From an uncultured Chloroflexia bacterium (lineage in GTDB: Bacteria; Chloroflexota; Limnocylindria; Limnocylindrales; CSP1-4), in NCBI GenBank assembly GCA_963729175.1, contig CAVSMY010000015.1:5841-69840 (forward strand): DNA of 64,000 nucleotides. The letters are read 5' to 3'. The position numbers were made by a program, and so were the translations under genes. Shown piece by piece: positions 12,427 through 22,866 of this stretch. Numbering within the stretch: the stretch's first letter is position 1; the number at the start of each line of letters is the position of its first letter. The notes under the pieces are model-generated. The model saw only the letters and a program-made list of their open reading frames with translations, had not been told where the DNA came from and did not search any database.

Positions 12427-12876
12427 GTGGCCAGTCCAGCATCGATCAAGTCGCGCCTCGCCCGCTCCTTCGACCCGGCCGAGCTGCGCCGGATCAAGAA
12501 GCTCTGGATCCAGCACTCGATCGCCGAGGACCGGCGCGACATCGACGGCCTCATCGCGACGCTGTCGGTGACGTGCACGTACGAGATCGTCCCGACCGGC
12601 CAGGTCTGGCACGGCCACGACGGCGCGCGGGTGTTCTACACGGAGCTGTTCGCCGCATTCCCGGACAACGCCTTCGGGCTGACCGAGATCGTCGTCGGGC
12701 CGCAGGGGGTCTTCGAGGTCGCCACCCTGACGGGCACGAACCTCGGGCCGTGGGCCGGCGTCGCGCCATCCGGCTTACCGGTCCGGCTCGAGGTCCTCAT
12801 CCTCTTCCCATGGGACCCGGAGACGGAGCGGTTCAGCGGTGAGCGGATCTGGTTCGATCGCGGCGCGATCGCCTGA
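12427..12876 (+). CDS. SnoaL-like / NTF2-fold protein (ester-cyclase-like)
   Basis: 149 aa, GTG start. The pattern ...DIDGLIATL...Y......G....G..G...FY.ELFAAFPD... is typical of SnoaL-like polyketide-cyclase-fold proteins. Confidence 0.55.
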   Translation: MASPASIKSRLARSFDPAELRRIKKLWIQHSIAEDRRDIDGLIATLSVTCTYEIVPTGQVWHGHDGARVFYTELFAAFPDNAFGLTEIVVGPQGVFEVATLTGTNLGPWAGVAPSGLPVRLEVLILFPWDPETERFSGERIWFDRGAIA

Positions 12877-14101
12877 CGATCGCCTGCCGACGTTCGTGTC
12901 GGTCGGGACGTGGGCGTTCGCTATCGGGGTCGGGATCGTCGGCGTCCTCGTGACGGTCTTCGCCCGCCGCGGCGGCCCGACGCTCCAGGACGCGGTCTGG
13001 GCCCCCGCGACGGCGATCGCCTTCGCGACGGTCGGCGCCATCATCGTCAACCAGCGGCCCGGCAACGTGATCGGCCGGCTGTGTCTCGTGATCGGGCTCC
13101 TGCTCGGGCTCAACGTCGCTCTGACCGGGATCGCGGCCTTCGTCGACGCGCGACCGGGGCCGTTGCCGGCGCCGTTCGTCGTCTTCGCCCTCGCCTCCGG
13201 ACCGCTCCAGTGGATCGGGCTCGCGCTCATCGCCGCGCTGCTCGCCCGGTTCCCGGTCGGTCGCTTGCCGAGCCCGCCCTGGCGGGTCATCGACGCGATC
13301 GTCGGACTGTTCGCGATCGTCGTCAGCCTCACGATGTTCCTTCCCGGCGAGATATCGATCGATTGGCTCCTGCCGACCGAGAACCCGATCGGCGTCCTGC
13401 CACAGCCACCCGAAGACCTCGGCGAGGCGATCTGGGTCGTGGCCTTGATGCTCCTGTGGCCCATCGTCCTGGCATTCATCCTCGCGATCGTGGCGCTCGG
13501 GCTCCAGTACCGCAGAGCCGAGCAAGGCGGACGTGCCCAGATCCGCTGGGTCGTCGCCGCGGTCGGGCTGTTCTTCGTCGGGCTGACGTTGTCGGCCATC
13601 GGGACGCCGTTCGACGAGCTGACCTGGGCCCTCGTCCTGGTCTCGCCGGTCGCCATCCCGGTGGGCATCGGCATCGCCGTCACGCGTTACCGGCTCTACG
13701 AGATCGACCGCATCGTCAGCCGGACGATCAGCTACGCCGCCGTCACCGCGATCCTCGCCGCGACCTTCATCGGCGCCAACGTCACGCTCCAGTTCGCCCT
13801 CCGGCCGGCCCTTGGCGATGACACGATCGCCGTCGCGATGTCGACCCTCGTCGTCGCGATGCTTTTCGCCCCGGTCCGGAGTCGCGTCCAGGGAGTGGTC
13901 GACCGACGTTTCAACCGCGCCCGCATCGATGCCGAGCGTGCCGCGGCCCGGTTCGCCGACCAGCTTCGTGACGAGGTCGACCTCACGGCGCTGCGACGAG
14001 GCACGCTCGCGGCCGTGACCGGGGCGGTCGAGCCGCGCGATGCAGCCCTCTGGCTCAGGCATGCCGGGTACCCCGAGCCGTCACCGGACGCGGTCCTGTG
14101 A
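12839..14101 (+). CDS. Family-A polytopic membrane protein, paralog A1 (function unknown)
   Basis: 420 aa with multiple TM helices. Family motifs: QRPGNVIGRLCLVIG, FPVGRLPSPPWR, ENPIGV, AQIRW, VTRYRLYEIDRIVSRTISYAAVT, VDRRFNRARIDAE. Start uncertain (GTG 12839 overlaps the previous gene; alternative GTG at 12896). Confidence 0.85.
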   Translation: MSGSGSIAARSPDDRLPTFVSVGTWAFAIGVGIVGVLVTVFARRGGPTLQDAVWAPATAIAFATVGAIIVNQRPGNVIGRLCLVIGLLLGLNVALTGIAAFVDARPGPLPAPFVVFALASGPLQWIGLALIAALLARFPVGRLPSPPWRVIDAIVGLFAIVVSLTMFLPGEISIDWLLPTENPIGVLPQPPEDLGEAIWVVALMLLWPIVLAFILAIVALGLQYRRAEQGGRAQIRWVVAAVGLFFVGLTLSAIGTPFDELTWALVLVSPVAIPVGIGIAVTRYRLYEIDRIVSRTISYAAVTAILAATFIGANVTLQFALRPALGDDTIAVAMSTLVVAMLFAPVRSRVQGVVDRRFNRARIDAERAAARFADQLRDEVDLTALRRGTLAAVTGAVEPRDAALWLRHAGYPEPSPDAVL

Positions 14102-15343
14102 TGGCGTCCGCCGGCGTAGCCTCGGTCCCAGGTCGCGTGACGGTCGCCTTCGTCTGGGTCCTCGCGGCGGTCGGCGTGCTGTTCACATCGGCAGCGGGGT
14201 ATCTGTCCATCGCGGGCAGTGCTCAACCGAGCCTCAGCGACATCCTGTCGCTCCTCTCCCTCCTCGGAGCGCTCCTCGCGTTCATCCTGTCGGGCGCGAT
14301 CATCGCCTCGCGTCAACCCGGCAACATCGTCGGCTGGCTGCTCATCGTCCCGGGCCTCGCGGTGCCGCTCAGCCAGTTCGCCAGCGCCTGGCTTGCCTTG
14401 CTCGACCCACCGCCGACGAGCGCGACTCCAGCCCTCTGGCTGGCGCTCTGGTTCACCGGCTGGTCGTGGCTCCTCCTCATCTTCCCGATCTTCGATCTTC
14501 TCCTGACGTTCCCGGAGGGTCGCCTGCTGTCTCGCCGCTGGCGCAGCGCCGTCGGGCTCGAGATCGTGATGATCGTCGTGTTCATCGGGTTCGTGGCGTT
14601 TGGTCCCGACCTCGTCCTCCTAAGCCCGGACGGCACCGAGGCGATCTGGTCGATCCCTAATCCGATCGGGTTCCTCCCGGAGAACACGTTCGATGACTTC
14701 ATCGGAACGCCGTGGGCGATCGGCCTCCTGACGATGACGATCCTCAGCGTGTCCGCCTTCACCCTGCGCTTCCGACGCGGGTCGCCGGAGTTGCGCCACC
14801 AGCTGAAGTGGCCGATGCTGGCGATCGCGACCTTCGGGATCACTCTACGGCATCGCCGCCGTGGCCTCGCCCCTGAGCGACTCCGCGATCTGGAAAGTCC
14901 TGTTCGTGATCGCCGTCGCATCGATCCCGCTCTCGGTCGCGGTGGCAGTCCTGAAGTACCGCCTCTACGAGATCGACCGGATCATCAGCCGATCGGTGTC
15001 CTGGGCGATCGTCACCGCCCTCCTGGCGGGCGTGTTCGTCGCGATGGTGGTCGGCCTTCAGGCGGCGCTGGCCGGGCTGACCCAGGGTCAGACCGTGGCG
15101 GTAGCCGGTTCGACGCTCGTCGCCGCGGCGCTGTTCAACCCGGTCCGGGTCCGGGTCCAGCGGGCCGTCGACCGGAGGTTCAATCGTTCCACCTATGTCG
15201 CCGAGAAGATCGTCGGGGAATTCTCGGAGCGGATGCGCAGCGAGCTCGATCTCGAGACCCTCGGTTCCGATCTGGCGACGGCCGCGACCCGCGCGGTGGA
15301 GCCGGTGACGACGACGATCTGGCTTCGAAGATCGGCTCGATGA
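14098..15343 (+). CDS. Family-A polytopic membrane protein, paralog A2; one apparent frameshift (about 14840)
   Basis: GTGATG start overlaps the A1 stop. Motifs: SRQPGNIVGWLLIVPG, FPEGRLLSRRWR, PNPIGF, HQLKW; then in the next frame VLKYRLYEIDRIISRSVSWAIVT, AVDRRFNRSTY. Confidence 0.8.
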
Positions 15344-15495
15344 CCGGGCGCTCGCTCCGGCTGTCCCTGTCTCCCCCGCCCGGCCGGCCCTTCATGGTGT
15401 ACTAGTCCCGCTCGATGCACGACGCTCCGGACACGGACCCGGCGTCGTCTCGATGACGGATCGACAGTTCGAACACGCGTCCGCACGGCGCAGTC

Positions 15496-16257
15496 GTGAT
15501 CCGGCGCGAGGGCATCCAGCACGAGGACGGAGAGGACATGCCAGAAGCCACGGGGTCAGAGACACCTTCGGAAGGGCCGCCGGAGGAGACGAGACCGCCC
15601 CGCGACGTTGGGATCGATCCCGAGCATCGCTCGAGGTGGCGAGCGATGCTCCAGGACTCGGGCGATCGCGCGCTGGATCGTCTGTTCGGGATCGAGACCT
15701 CGGGCTGGGTCGGTCACGACCAGCTGGGATTCGACCCCGAAGATGGCACCTACTATCGGCCCTCGAATTGGATCAATCTCGTCGGCGTCTATCGGATGCT
15801 GCGGCAGATGGACATCACGTCTTCCAACGTGTTCGCGGACTTCGGCTGCGGCAAGGGTGTCGTGGTCCTGCTGGCGGGCCGCTTCCGGTTCGGGCGGGTG
15901 ATCGGCATCGATCTCTCCAAGTCGATGATCGATGTCGCCCGTCGGAACGTCGCTCGCCGCACGAAACCCGCCAAGCGGGGCCGGTATCAGCTGGTCCAGA
16001 CCGACGCCGTGGAGTACGCGATCCCCGCCGATCTCGATACCTGTTACTTCTACATGCCGTTCCCGACGCCGATCTACGAGCAGGTGATCGCCAACCTGGC
16101 GGCGTCGGCGGCTGCACATCCACGCGTCATCCGGCTGCTGTTCCTGCATCCGACGCAGCCCGATGCCGAGGTCCCGGAGCGACACGGGTTCCATGAGGTG
16201 AGCCGGATCCGGGGCCTCGTCCTCTATTCCAACGGACCCGCGAGCACGTCGTCCTGA
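15496..16257 (+). CDS. Class I SAM-dependent methyltransferase
   Basis: 253 aa. Motif I VFADFGCGKGVVVLL followed by VIGIDLS. Start uncertain (alternative ATG at about 15538). Confidence 0.7.
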   Translation: MIRREGIQHEDGEDMPEATGSETPSEGPPEETRPPRDVGIDPEHRSRWRAMLQDSGDRALDRLFGIETSGWVGHDQLGFDPEDGTYYRPSNWINLVGVYRMLRQMDITSSNVFADFGCGKGVVVLLAGRFRFGRVIGIDLSKSMIDVARRNVARRTKPAKRGRYQLVQTDAVEYAIPADLDTCYFYMPFPTPIYEQVIANLAASAAAHPRVIRLLFLHPTQPDAEVPERHGFHEVSRIRGLVLYSNGPASTSS

Positions 16258-16260
16258 GGC

Positions 16261-19149
16261 CTACCAGGTCACCAGGCGCCACTTGCCCGGCTCGAGCGCA
16301 TCCGGATCGCCGACCTCGGCGAAGATCGCGACCGCGGTCTTGAGGTGCTCGATCGCCGCCTCCTCGTCGCCGGTCGCGTGACGCAGGTCGGCGAGGCTGT
16401 TCTGGAGCGCCGCTTCCCGATGCCGGTCGCCGATCGAGCGGCACAGGGCCAGCGCTTCGTCGGTCAGGCCGATGGCCCGGGCGATCTCGCCAGCCGCGGC
16501 CAGCGAGCGGGCCAGGTTGTTCAGTGCGGCGACCTGCGCCGGTGCGTCGCCCGCTTCCGCGGCGAGCCGCAGGCTCTGACCGAGGAGGTCGCTCGCGGCC
16601 GACTGGTCGCCTCGCTCGGTCGCGAGGACGCCGGCGACGTTCGCGGCGCGGGCCACGGCATTCGGATCGCCGGACGCCTCCGCGGCGGCCAGGGCCTCCG
16701 CGGCCAGTCGGCGCGCGTCGTCGGCCCGGCCGGCCTGCTGGGCGTTGAGCCCCCGATCGGCGAGGAGGCGAGCCCGATCGGGCCCGGCGCCCTCGTGCTC
16801 GAGAGCGGCGGCGAAGTGGGCGTCCGCAGCGTCTGGGTCGCCACGGCGCTGATGGACGAGCGCGAGCCGGTGCTCGATCTCCCCGAGCCTCGCGGGGCTC
16901 GCGACCGCCGCGGCGGCCTCGAAGTGCTCGATCGCCGGGCCGTACTCTCCGGCCAGCGTCCGCAGATCGCCGAGCGCCGTGTGGATGTCCTCGACGTCGG
17001 GGTGTCCGAGCGCGAGCGCCGCCTCCAGATCGCCCTGGGCCTCGCGGTTGGCGAAGGCCGCTCGAGCCAGCTCGCCCGCCTCGACGAACGCGGCGGCGGC
17101 CTCCGCGTCACGGCCCGCCTCACGCTCGTGTCGGGCGATCCTGGCGATCCGGGCGGAGGACGGCTCGCGCACGTCCCTGGCCGTCCGTCCTCCACCAGCG
17201 CTCGATCGGAGCGCATCGGCCGCCCGTCGATGGAGCAGCCGCAACCGCGCCAGGCTCGTCGACCCGACCGCGACGTCGCGGAGCCGGGCATGGACGAAAT
17301 CGAGGTCGTCGAGACCGCCGGCCACCTCCCGGACGATGCCCCTCCCGACGAGCTCCTCGATCGCGGCGACGGTCTCGTCGTCTGAGCGGCCGCTCGTCGC
17401 CCGGACCGTCTCGGCGTCGAACGATCGTCCGAGGATCGCGCCGGCGGTCGCGACCTGCCGGGCGATCTCTGAGAGGTCCGCCAGGCGCCCGGCGAGCAGG
17501 GAGCGGATGCCCGGCGGGACCGCATCAGCCGGCAGGTCGGACGCACCGAGCTCGACGAGATACAGCGGCAGACCCTCCGCCTCGTCGACGGCGCTCTCGA
17601 GCGCGGCGCTGGTCGGCGGCGCCGTTCGGCGCCAGGCGACGGCCGCGAGCTCACGCGAGGCGACCGGGTCGAGCCGGTCGAGCCGCAGGGTCGTCGCCGA
17701 CCCGATGATCCGGGCGATGAGCGGGGCCGCCCGCTCATCGATGTCCTCTCGCCGGAATGTGATGAGGACGACGACCGGCCGACCAGAGAGCCGGCGCGAG
17801 AGGTACGCCAGGGTCTCGAGGGTCGACTCGTCGGCCCACTGGAGGTCGTCGACCCGAAGCATCCCTGGGGCCTCACCGCCGGCGAGCTCGACGAGCGCCG
17901 TCGTCACCGCCTCGAGCAGTCGATGGAGCGCGAACGGCCCGACCAGGTCCGCGGGTGCCGGCGCGTCGGCCGCGACCTCCGGGAGCAGTCGGGCGAGCTC
18001 GGTCCTGACGCCCGGCCCGAGCCGGTCGGTCCCGGCGGCGGCGATCCCGGCGCGGAGGAGCGCGACGATCGGCCCGAAGCCGATGCCGGCCTCGCCGGCG
18101 TAGGCGACCGCCTCGAGACAGGTCCCGCGCGAGTCTCGCATCTCGCGGACGACCGCGTCCGCCAGCCGCGTTTTGCCGATGCCGGCCTCGCCCTCGATCG
18201 CGATGACGATGCCATCCGCCTCGATGGCCCCGATCGCCGTCCGGAGGTGTGTCAGCTCGGTCGTCCGATCGACCAGCGGGAGCGACGACGATGCAGCGTC
18301 GGGCTCGCGGTCCTCGAGCGGCGGGCGTCCCTGGGGGGCCGACGGCGGTCCTGGCTCGACCTGGAAGGCGCCGTCCCGGATCGCTTCGTAGAGCGCGGTC
18401 GTCTCCGGCAACGGCGGCACGCCGAGCTCGCGGTCGAGCGTCCGCACGCAGTCCCGGTACTGGCGGACGGCTGCCGCCGGCTCGCCGGCCCTGGCATGCG
18501 CCTCCATGAGCAGCCGATGGGCCGGCTCGTGGAGTGGATCGAGCTCGAGCCAGCGGCGGCCGACCGTGATCGCCGCACCCGCATCCCCCGCCGAGAGCTC
18601 GAGCCTGGCGAGCCGCTCGAGCGCTCCCGCCAGCTCCCGTCGGTAGTCCTCCCGCTCGGCCAGCAGCCACTCATCGAACGGCTCGCTGTCACGGAGGGCG
18701 AAGCCGTCCATGAACGTCCCGCGATCGAGCACGGCGGCGGCCCGGAGCGCCGCGCGGCAGCGGCGGCACGACTCGCCCGAGTCATGGCGATGGGCGCGCG
18801 CCCGGGCGAGTGCCGCGCGGAAGGCGCCGAGATCGGAGGCGACGACGCCCGGATCGATCGCGACCGCCGATCGGTCGATCGTCAGCCGACCCGGGCCGAG
18901 GGCGGCATTGAGGACCGACAGGGTGCGCCGGAGGGCGCCGCGCGCGGAGGTCTCATCGGCCTCCGGCCAGAGAAGGGCGGCGAGGACATCCCGGCTCGCC
19001 GGGCGACCCGACGCCACCAGGTACGCGAGGAGGGCGACGGCCTTGCGGGTGTCGACATCGAGCGGCGCGCCCTCGACCCGGACCGAGACCGGGCCGAGAA
19101 GCTGGACATCGACCGGTGGCGGCGGCACGAGCGCAACGGTACACGCCAC
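16261..19149 (-). CDS. SARP/AfsR-type regulator: OmpR-like wHTH + BTAD + AAA/NB-ARC ATPase + TPR
   Basis: 962 aa. VQLLGPVSVRVEG...RKAVALLAYL (wHTH); FDEWLLAEREDYRREL...HEPAHRLLMEAHARAGEPAAAVRQYRDC (BTAD); Walker A IEGEAGIGKTRL; C-terminal TPR-like repeats. Confidence 0.85.
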   Translation of the reverse strand: MACTVALVPPPPVDVQLLGPVSVRVEGAPLDVDTRKAVALLAYLVASGRPASRDVLAALLWPEADETSARGALRRTLSVLNAALGPGRLTIDRSAVAIDPGVVASDLGAFRAALARARAHRHDSGESCRRCRAALRAAAVLDRGTFMDGFALRDSEPFDEWLLAEREDYRRELAGALERLARLELSAGDAGAAITVGRRWLELDPLHEPAHRLLMEAHARAGEPAAAVRQYRDCVRTLDRELGVPPLPETTALYEAIRDGAFQVEPGPPSAPQGRPPLEDREPDAASSSLPLVDRTTELTHLRTAIGAIEADGIVIAIEGEAGIGKTRLADAVVREMRDSRGTCLEAVAYAGEAGIGFGPIVALLRAGIAAAGTDRLGPGVRTELARLLPEVAADAPAPADLVGPFALHRLLEAVTTALVELAGGEAPGMLRVDDLQWADESTLETLAYLSRRLSGRPVVVLITFRREDIDERAAPLIARIIGSATTLRLDRLDPVASRELAAVAWRRTAPPTSAALESAVDEAEGLPLYLVELGASDLPADAVPPGIRSLLAGRLADLSEIARQVATAGAILGRSFDAETVRATSGRSDDETVAAIEELVGRGIVREVAGGLDDLDFVHARLRDVAVGSTSLARLRLLHRRAADALRSSAGGGRTARDVREPSSARIARIARHEREAGRDAEAAAAFVEAGELARAAFANREAQGDLEAALALGHPDVEDIHTALGDLRTLAGEYGPAIEHFEAAAAVASPARLGEIEHRLALVHQRRGDPDAADAHFAAALEHEGAGPDRARLLADRGLNAQQAGRADDARRLAAEALAAAEASGDPNAVARAANVAGVLATERGDQSAASDLLGQSLRLAAEAGDAPAQVAALNNLARSLAAAGEIARAIGLTDEALALCRSIGDRHREAALQNSLADLRHATGDEEAAIEHLKTAVAIFAEVGDPDALEPGKWRLVTW

Positions 19150-19199
19150 GCGGTTCGTCCCGTAACGTTGTCGAGACGAGCGACCTCGACGATGGCGCC

Positions 19200-20429
19200 A
19201 TGATCGGAGGTTGTGTGACGACCGACGCCCGGACCGACCGAGCGACCGATCCGGTCGAGCGCGCCGGACGACTGATGCGGATCGCCATCGTGGTCCTGTT
19301 CCTTGCCGGCTTGGCCGTCTGCCTCTGGGCCGTCGAGCCGGTGGGGGTCGTCATGTACCTCGCCTACGCCGGCGTCGGCGGCCTCGTCGCCTATCGACGG
19401 CCGTCCCATCCGGTCGGCTGGTTGCTCATCCTGGCCGGCTGGGGCGCCACCGGGATCTCGCGGGTCGACCTCCCGGTGGACGCCTTGGTGGCCGGCGGAC
19501 TGACGCCGCAGCAGGAGCTCGCGGCGTGGCTGAACGGGAACGCCTGGACGCTCGTCATCGGCGCCCTGTTCGGGGTGACGCTCGTGTTCCCGTCCGGGAC
19601 GCTGCCGGGTGGTCGGGCCAGGACCCTCGCCCTGCTCGCATCGGCGGCGATGGTCCTGGCGGGCGTCCTCGTCACGATCGCCCCGACGATCAACGTCACG
19701 TCGATGTCCGGCCAGCCGGTGGACATCCCCAACCCGGTGGCCGTGGCTCCGGAAGCGGCGATCTGGGGGGTGCTGACGCCGACCACGGTGCTGTACCCAG
19801 CGATGTTCATGCTCCTCGCTGCCGGGATCGTGTCGCTGCTCCTGCGAGCCCGACGCTCGACGGGCCTCGAACGGCTCCAATACACCTGGCTCCTGGCAGC
19901 GATCTGCCTCGTCGTCATCGGATCGGCGGTCTGGGTGATCCTCACGTTCTTCGTCGCCCGCTACGAGCTCGTCTGGATCCCCGTCCTGCTCACCTACCCC
20001 ACCGTCCCGATCGCCATCGCCGTCGCGGTCCTCCGGTATCGCCTGTTCGAGATCGATCGGATCATCAGCCGGACGATCGGCTGGGCCATCGTGACCCTTG
20101 GCCTCGCTACTGTCTTCGTCGCTGTGGTCGTCGGACTGCAGACCGTCCTGACGCCCTGGACGTCGGGCGACACATTGGCCGTCGCTGCGTCGACGCTCCT
20201 CGTCTTCGGCCTTTTCCAGCCGCTCCGACGACGGGTCCAGAGAGCCGTCGACCGCCGCTTCGACCGAGCCCGAGTCGATGCCGAGGCGACGGTCGAGGCG
20301 CTCGCGGCGCGGCTGCGCGAGGACGTGGCCCTCGATGCCGTCCGCCGGGAGGTCCTGCTCGCGACCGACCAGGCGCTCCGGCCGACGGCCACGGGGATGT
20401 GGCTCCGCGGTAGCGGTGGGTCGACATGA
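19200..20429 (+). CDS. Family-A polytopic membrane protein, paralog A3
   Basis: Motifs: YRRPSHPVGWLLILAG, FPSGTLPGGRAR, PNPVAV, RLQYTW, VLRYRLFEIDRIISRTIGWAIVT, AVDRRFDRARVDAE. Start uncertain (ATG at 19200 or 19275; the ORF opens at 19116). Divergent from the SARP gene. Confidence 0.85.
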   Translation: MIGGCVTTDARTDRATDPVERAGRLMRIAIVVLFLAGLAVCLWAVEPVGVVMYLAYAGVGGLVAYRRPSHPVGWLLILAGWGATGISRVDLPVDALVAGGLTPQQELAAWLNGNAWTLVIGALFGVTLVFPSGTLPGGRARTLALLASAAMVLAGVLVTIAPTINVTSMSGQPVDIPNPVAVAPEAAIWGVLTPTTVLYPAMFMLLAAGIVSLLLRARRSTGLERLQYTWLLAAICLVVIGSAVWVILTFFVARYELVWIPVLLTYPTVPIAIAVAVLRYRLFEIDRIISRTIGWAIVTLGLATVFVAVVVGLQTVLTPWTSGDTLAVAASTLLVFGLFQPLRRRVQRAVDRRFDRARVDAEATVEALAARLREDVALDAVRREVLLATDQALRPTATGMWLRGSGGST

Positions 20430-21619
20430 CTTTCGGCGGGACCGCACCGAGGCGGCGGAGGTGGCCGTGGGCGGTCGCGGTCATCGACGTCGTGGCGTTG
20501 ATCCTCGGTCAGGCGACCCTCCCCACGGACTCCGACGGAGGGGCGTTCATCCTCTTCGTCACGGCCATCGCCTCGTTCGCAGGAGTCGGAGCCCTGCTGA
20601 TGACGCGGGTTCCCGGCAACATCCTCGGGCCACTCCTGCTGCTCTGCGGGACGCTCATGGCCGGGGTCACCGCGCTCGGCGGGTATGCGACGCTCGGGGC
20701 CTCGGCATCGCCGATGTGGCCGGGCACCGGTGTGGCAGCCAGCGCGAGCGAGGCCCTCTACATCGTCCCCATCGGCGTGGCGTTCGCGTTCGTGCCGCTC
20801 GTCTTCCCCAGCGGTCGTCTGCTGTCGCCGCGGTGGCGCTGGGTCGTCACCCTCGACATCGCGTTGCTCGCCACGAGCGTCGTCTCGAACCTGATCCGAC
20901 CGGGGCTCGTCGGCGGGGTGCCGGTGGAGAACCCGCTCGCGATCCCAGCGCTCGAGCCGTTGGTGTCCGCCCTCGACCTCCCGAGTTCGCTCCTGGCGGT
21001 CGTCGCCTTCGGTGCGGCCGCGACCGCCCTCGCGATCCGATACCGAGGCGGGACGGTGGTGGTTCGACAGCAGGTCAAGTGGCTTCTTGCGGCCGCGACG
21101 GTGGCAGCCGTCGCCTTCCCGATCTCATTCGTGGTGGAGGACGAGACGCTCAGCACCGCGACCTTCTTCGTGGGCTTCCTCGCCTTCGTCGCATTGCCTC
21201 TCGCGATCGGTGTCGCGGTGCTGCGGTATCGGCTGTTCGAGATCGATCGGGTCATCAGCAGGACGTTGTCCTGGGCGATCGTCACCGGGCTGCTCGCAGC
21301 GGTCTTCGCCGTCGGCGTGGTCGGGCTCCAGGCGGTGCTCGTGACCTTCACCTCGGGCGACACGCTCGCGGTGGCGGCATCCACGCTCGTCGTCTTCGGC
21401 CTGTTCCAGCCCATCCGACGGCGGGTCCAGGCGACGGTCGACCGGCGCTTCGACCGGGCCAAGGTCGACGCCGAGCACACCGTCGAAGCACTGGCGTCAC
21501 GGCTCCGCGACGACGTCGACCTCGGCGCGGTGCGATCCGAGGTGATCGAGGCGGTGGATGCCGCTCTCCACCCGGCATCGACCGGGCTGTGGCTGCGCGG
21601 CTCGGAGGATGCCCGGTGA
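20426..21619 (+). CDS. Family-A polytopic membrane protein, paralog A4
   Basis: 397 aa, ATGA overlap with A3. Motifs: TRVPGNILGPLLLLCG, FPSGRLLSPRWR, ENPLAI, QQVKW, VLRYRLFEIDRVISRTLSWAIVT, TVDRRFDRAKVDAE. Confidence 0.9.
   Translation: MTFGGTAPRRRRWPWAVAVIDVVALILGQATLPTDSDGGAFILFVTAIASFAGVGALLMTRVPGNILGPLLLLCGTLMAGVTALGGYATLGASASPMWPGTGVAASASEALYIVPIGVAFAFVPLVFPSGRLLSPRWRWVVTLDIALLATSVVSNLIRPGLVGGVPVENPLAIPALEPLVSALDLPSSLLAVVAFGAAATALAIRYRGGTVVVRQQVKWLLAAATVAAVAFPISFVVEDETLSTATFFVGFLAFVALPLAIGVAVLRYRLFEIDRVISRTLSWAIVTGLLAAVFAVGVVGLQAVLVTFTSGDTLAVAASTLVVFGLFQPIRRRVQATVDRRFDRAKVDAEHTVEALASRLRDDVDLGAVRSEVIEAVDAALHPASTGLWLRGSEDAR
21443..21597 (+). repeat. 155-bp perfect direct repeat, copy 1 (3' end of paralog A4)
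   Basis: Base-for-base identical to 22653-22807 on direct comparison of the printed sequence. The flanks diverge immediately. Confidence 0.9.
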
Positions 21620-22829
21620 TAGAGCGACCGGCGAGCGGGCCGGGTCGGTCGTCGGTTCGTCCACGCCCGCAGGAGTGGCTGGTTCGGCTGGGCGCGTTCG
21701 CGGGGATCGTCCTCCCGCTGGTCACGATCGCCGTCGAGGCGCTGTCTGGCTGGCCGGCCGGGGGCTCGCACCTGGCCTACCTGCCCGTCGTGCTTGCATT
21801 CGTGGGCGTCGGCTGGCTCCTCTGCGAGCGCAGGCCGGGCAATGCCGTCGGCTCGCTCCTTCTCACCTTCGGGGCGCTGTTCGGCCTGTTCCTGCCGTTC
21901 GACCTGTATCTGGCCTCGGATCCAGCAGGCCTGGCCGCGACGCTCTCGGCGATCTACCTCAGCTCGCTCGACGTGCCGCTCTTCACGCTGCTCGCGCTGA
22001 CCCTGGTCGTGTTCCCGGACGGCCGGCCGCTGAGCCCGCGGTGGCGGATCACGTACGTCGTCGCGGCGTTCGCTTCGGGGCTCGCCGTCGGCGGCTACCT
22101 CATCAGCAGCGCCCCGATCCCGATCTACCCGTCGTACACGAGCCCGGTCGGCATCCCCGACGTGGATGGCCTGCTGTTGGTCGAGTCCGCCTACGTCGTG
22201 ATGCTCTGTCTCCTCATCGCCGGGGCGGCGTCGCTGTTCCTGCGCTGGCACCGCGGGTCGCAGACGGTCCGGGCTCAGGTGAAGTGGGTCGTCGGCGCGG
22301 CAATCATCGCCGCGGGGAGCGAGCTCCTCAATGTCGCGACGTTCGATCCCGCGGAACCGAACTCCCCGACCGCCATCGCGTCCTCGGTCGCGATCGGCCT
22401 CGTCCCGCTCTCGATCGGCATCGCCGTCCTCCGCTATCGGCTGTACGAGATCGACCGGATCATCAGCCGGACCATCGTCCTGGGCGATCGTCACCGGGGC
22501 CCTGGCACTCACGTTCATCGCCGTGCGTCGTGGGGCTTCAGACGGTCCTGGCCACCTTCACCGCCGGGAATACCCTGGCGGTGGCAGCCTCGACCCTCGT
22601 CGTGTTCGGCCTCTTCCAGCCGGTCCGACGCCGGGTCCAGAAGGCCGTGGATCGGCGCTTCGACCGGGCCAAGGTCGACGCCGAGCACACCGTCGAAGCA
22701 CTGGCGTCACGGCTCCGCGACGACGTCGACCTCGGCGCGGTGCGATCCGAGGTGATCGAGGCGGTGGATGCCGCTCTCCACCCGGCATCGACCGGGCTGT
22801 GGCTGCGAGGCAGTGACCGCCCGACATGA
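21616..22829 (+). CDS. Family-A polytopic membrane protein, paralog A5; two apparent +1 frameshifts (about 22476 and 22527)
   Basis: GTGA overlap with A4. Motifs: CERRPGNAVGSLLLTFG, FPDGRPLSPRWR, AQVKW, VLRYRLYEIDRIISRTI. Then SWAIVTGALALTFIAV in the next frame, then VVGLQTVLATF...AVDRRFDRAKVDAE in the third. Confidence 0.8.
22653..22807 (+). repeat. 155-bp perfect direct repeat, copy 2 (3' end of paralog A5)
   Basis: Identical to 21443-21597, offset 1210 bp. Encodes RRFDRAKVDAEHTVEALASRLRDDVDLGAVRSEVIEAVDAALHPASTGLWLR in both genes. Confidence 0.9.
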
Positions 22830-22866
22830 CGTCCTGGTGGATGTGCGACGGCGTATCTTCCGTCCG

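Noticed and set aside
19150-19199. Search for SARP-type direct heptamer repeats in the SARP/A3 divergent region (TCGAGAC at 19171 and TCGACGA at 19186).
   Set aside because: There are only two loose TCGA-containing heptamers, spaced 15 bp apart rather than the 11-bp periodicity I recall for SARP boxes. The spacer length also depends on the uncertain A3 start. This is not enough to call a site.
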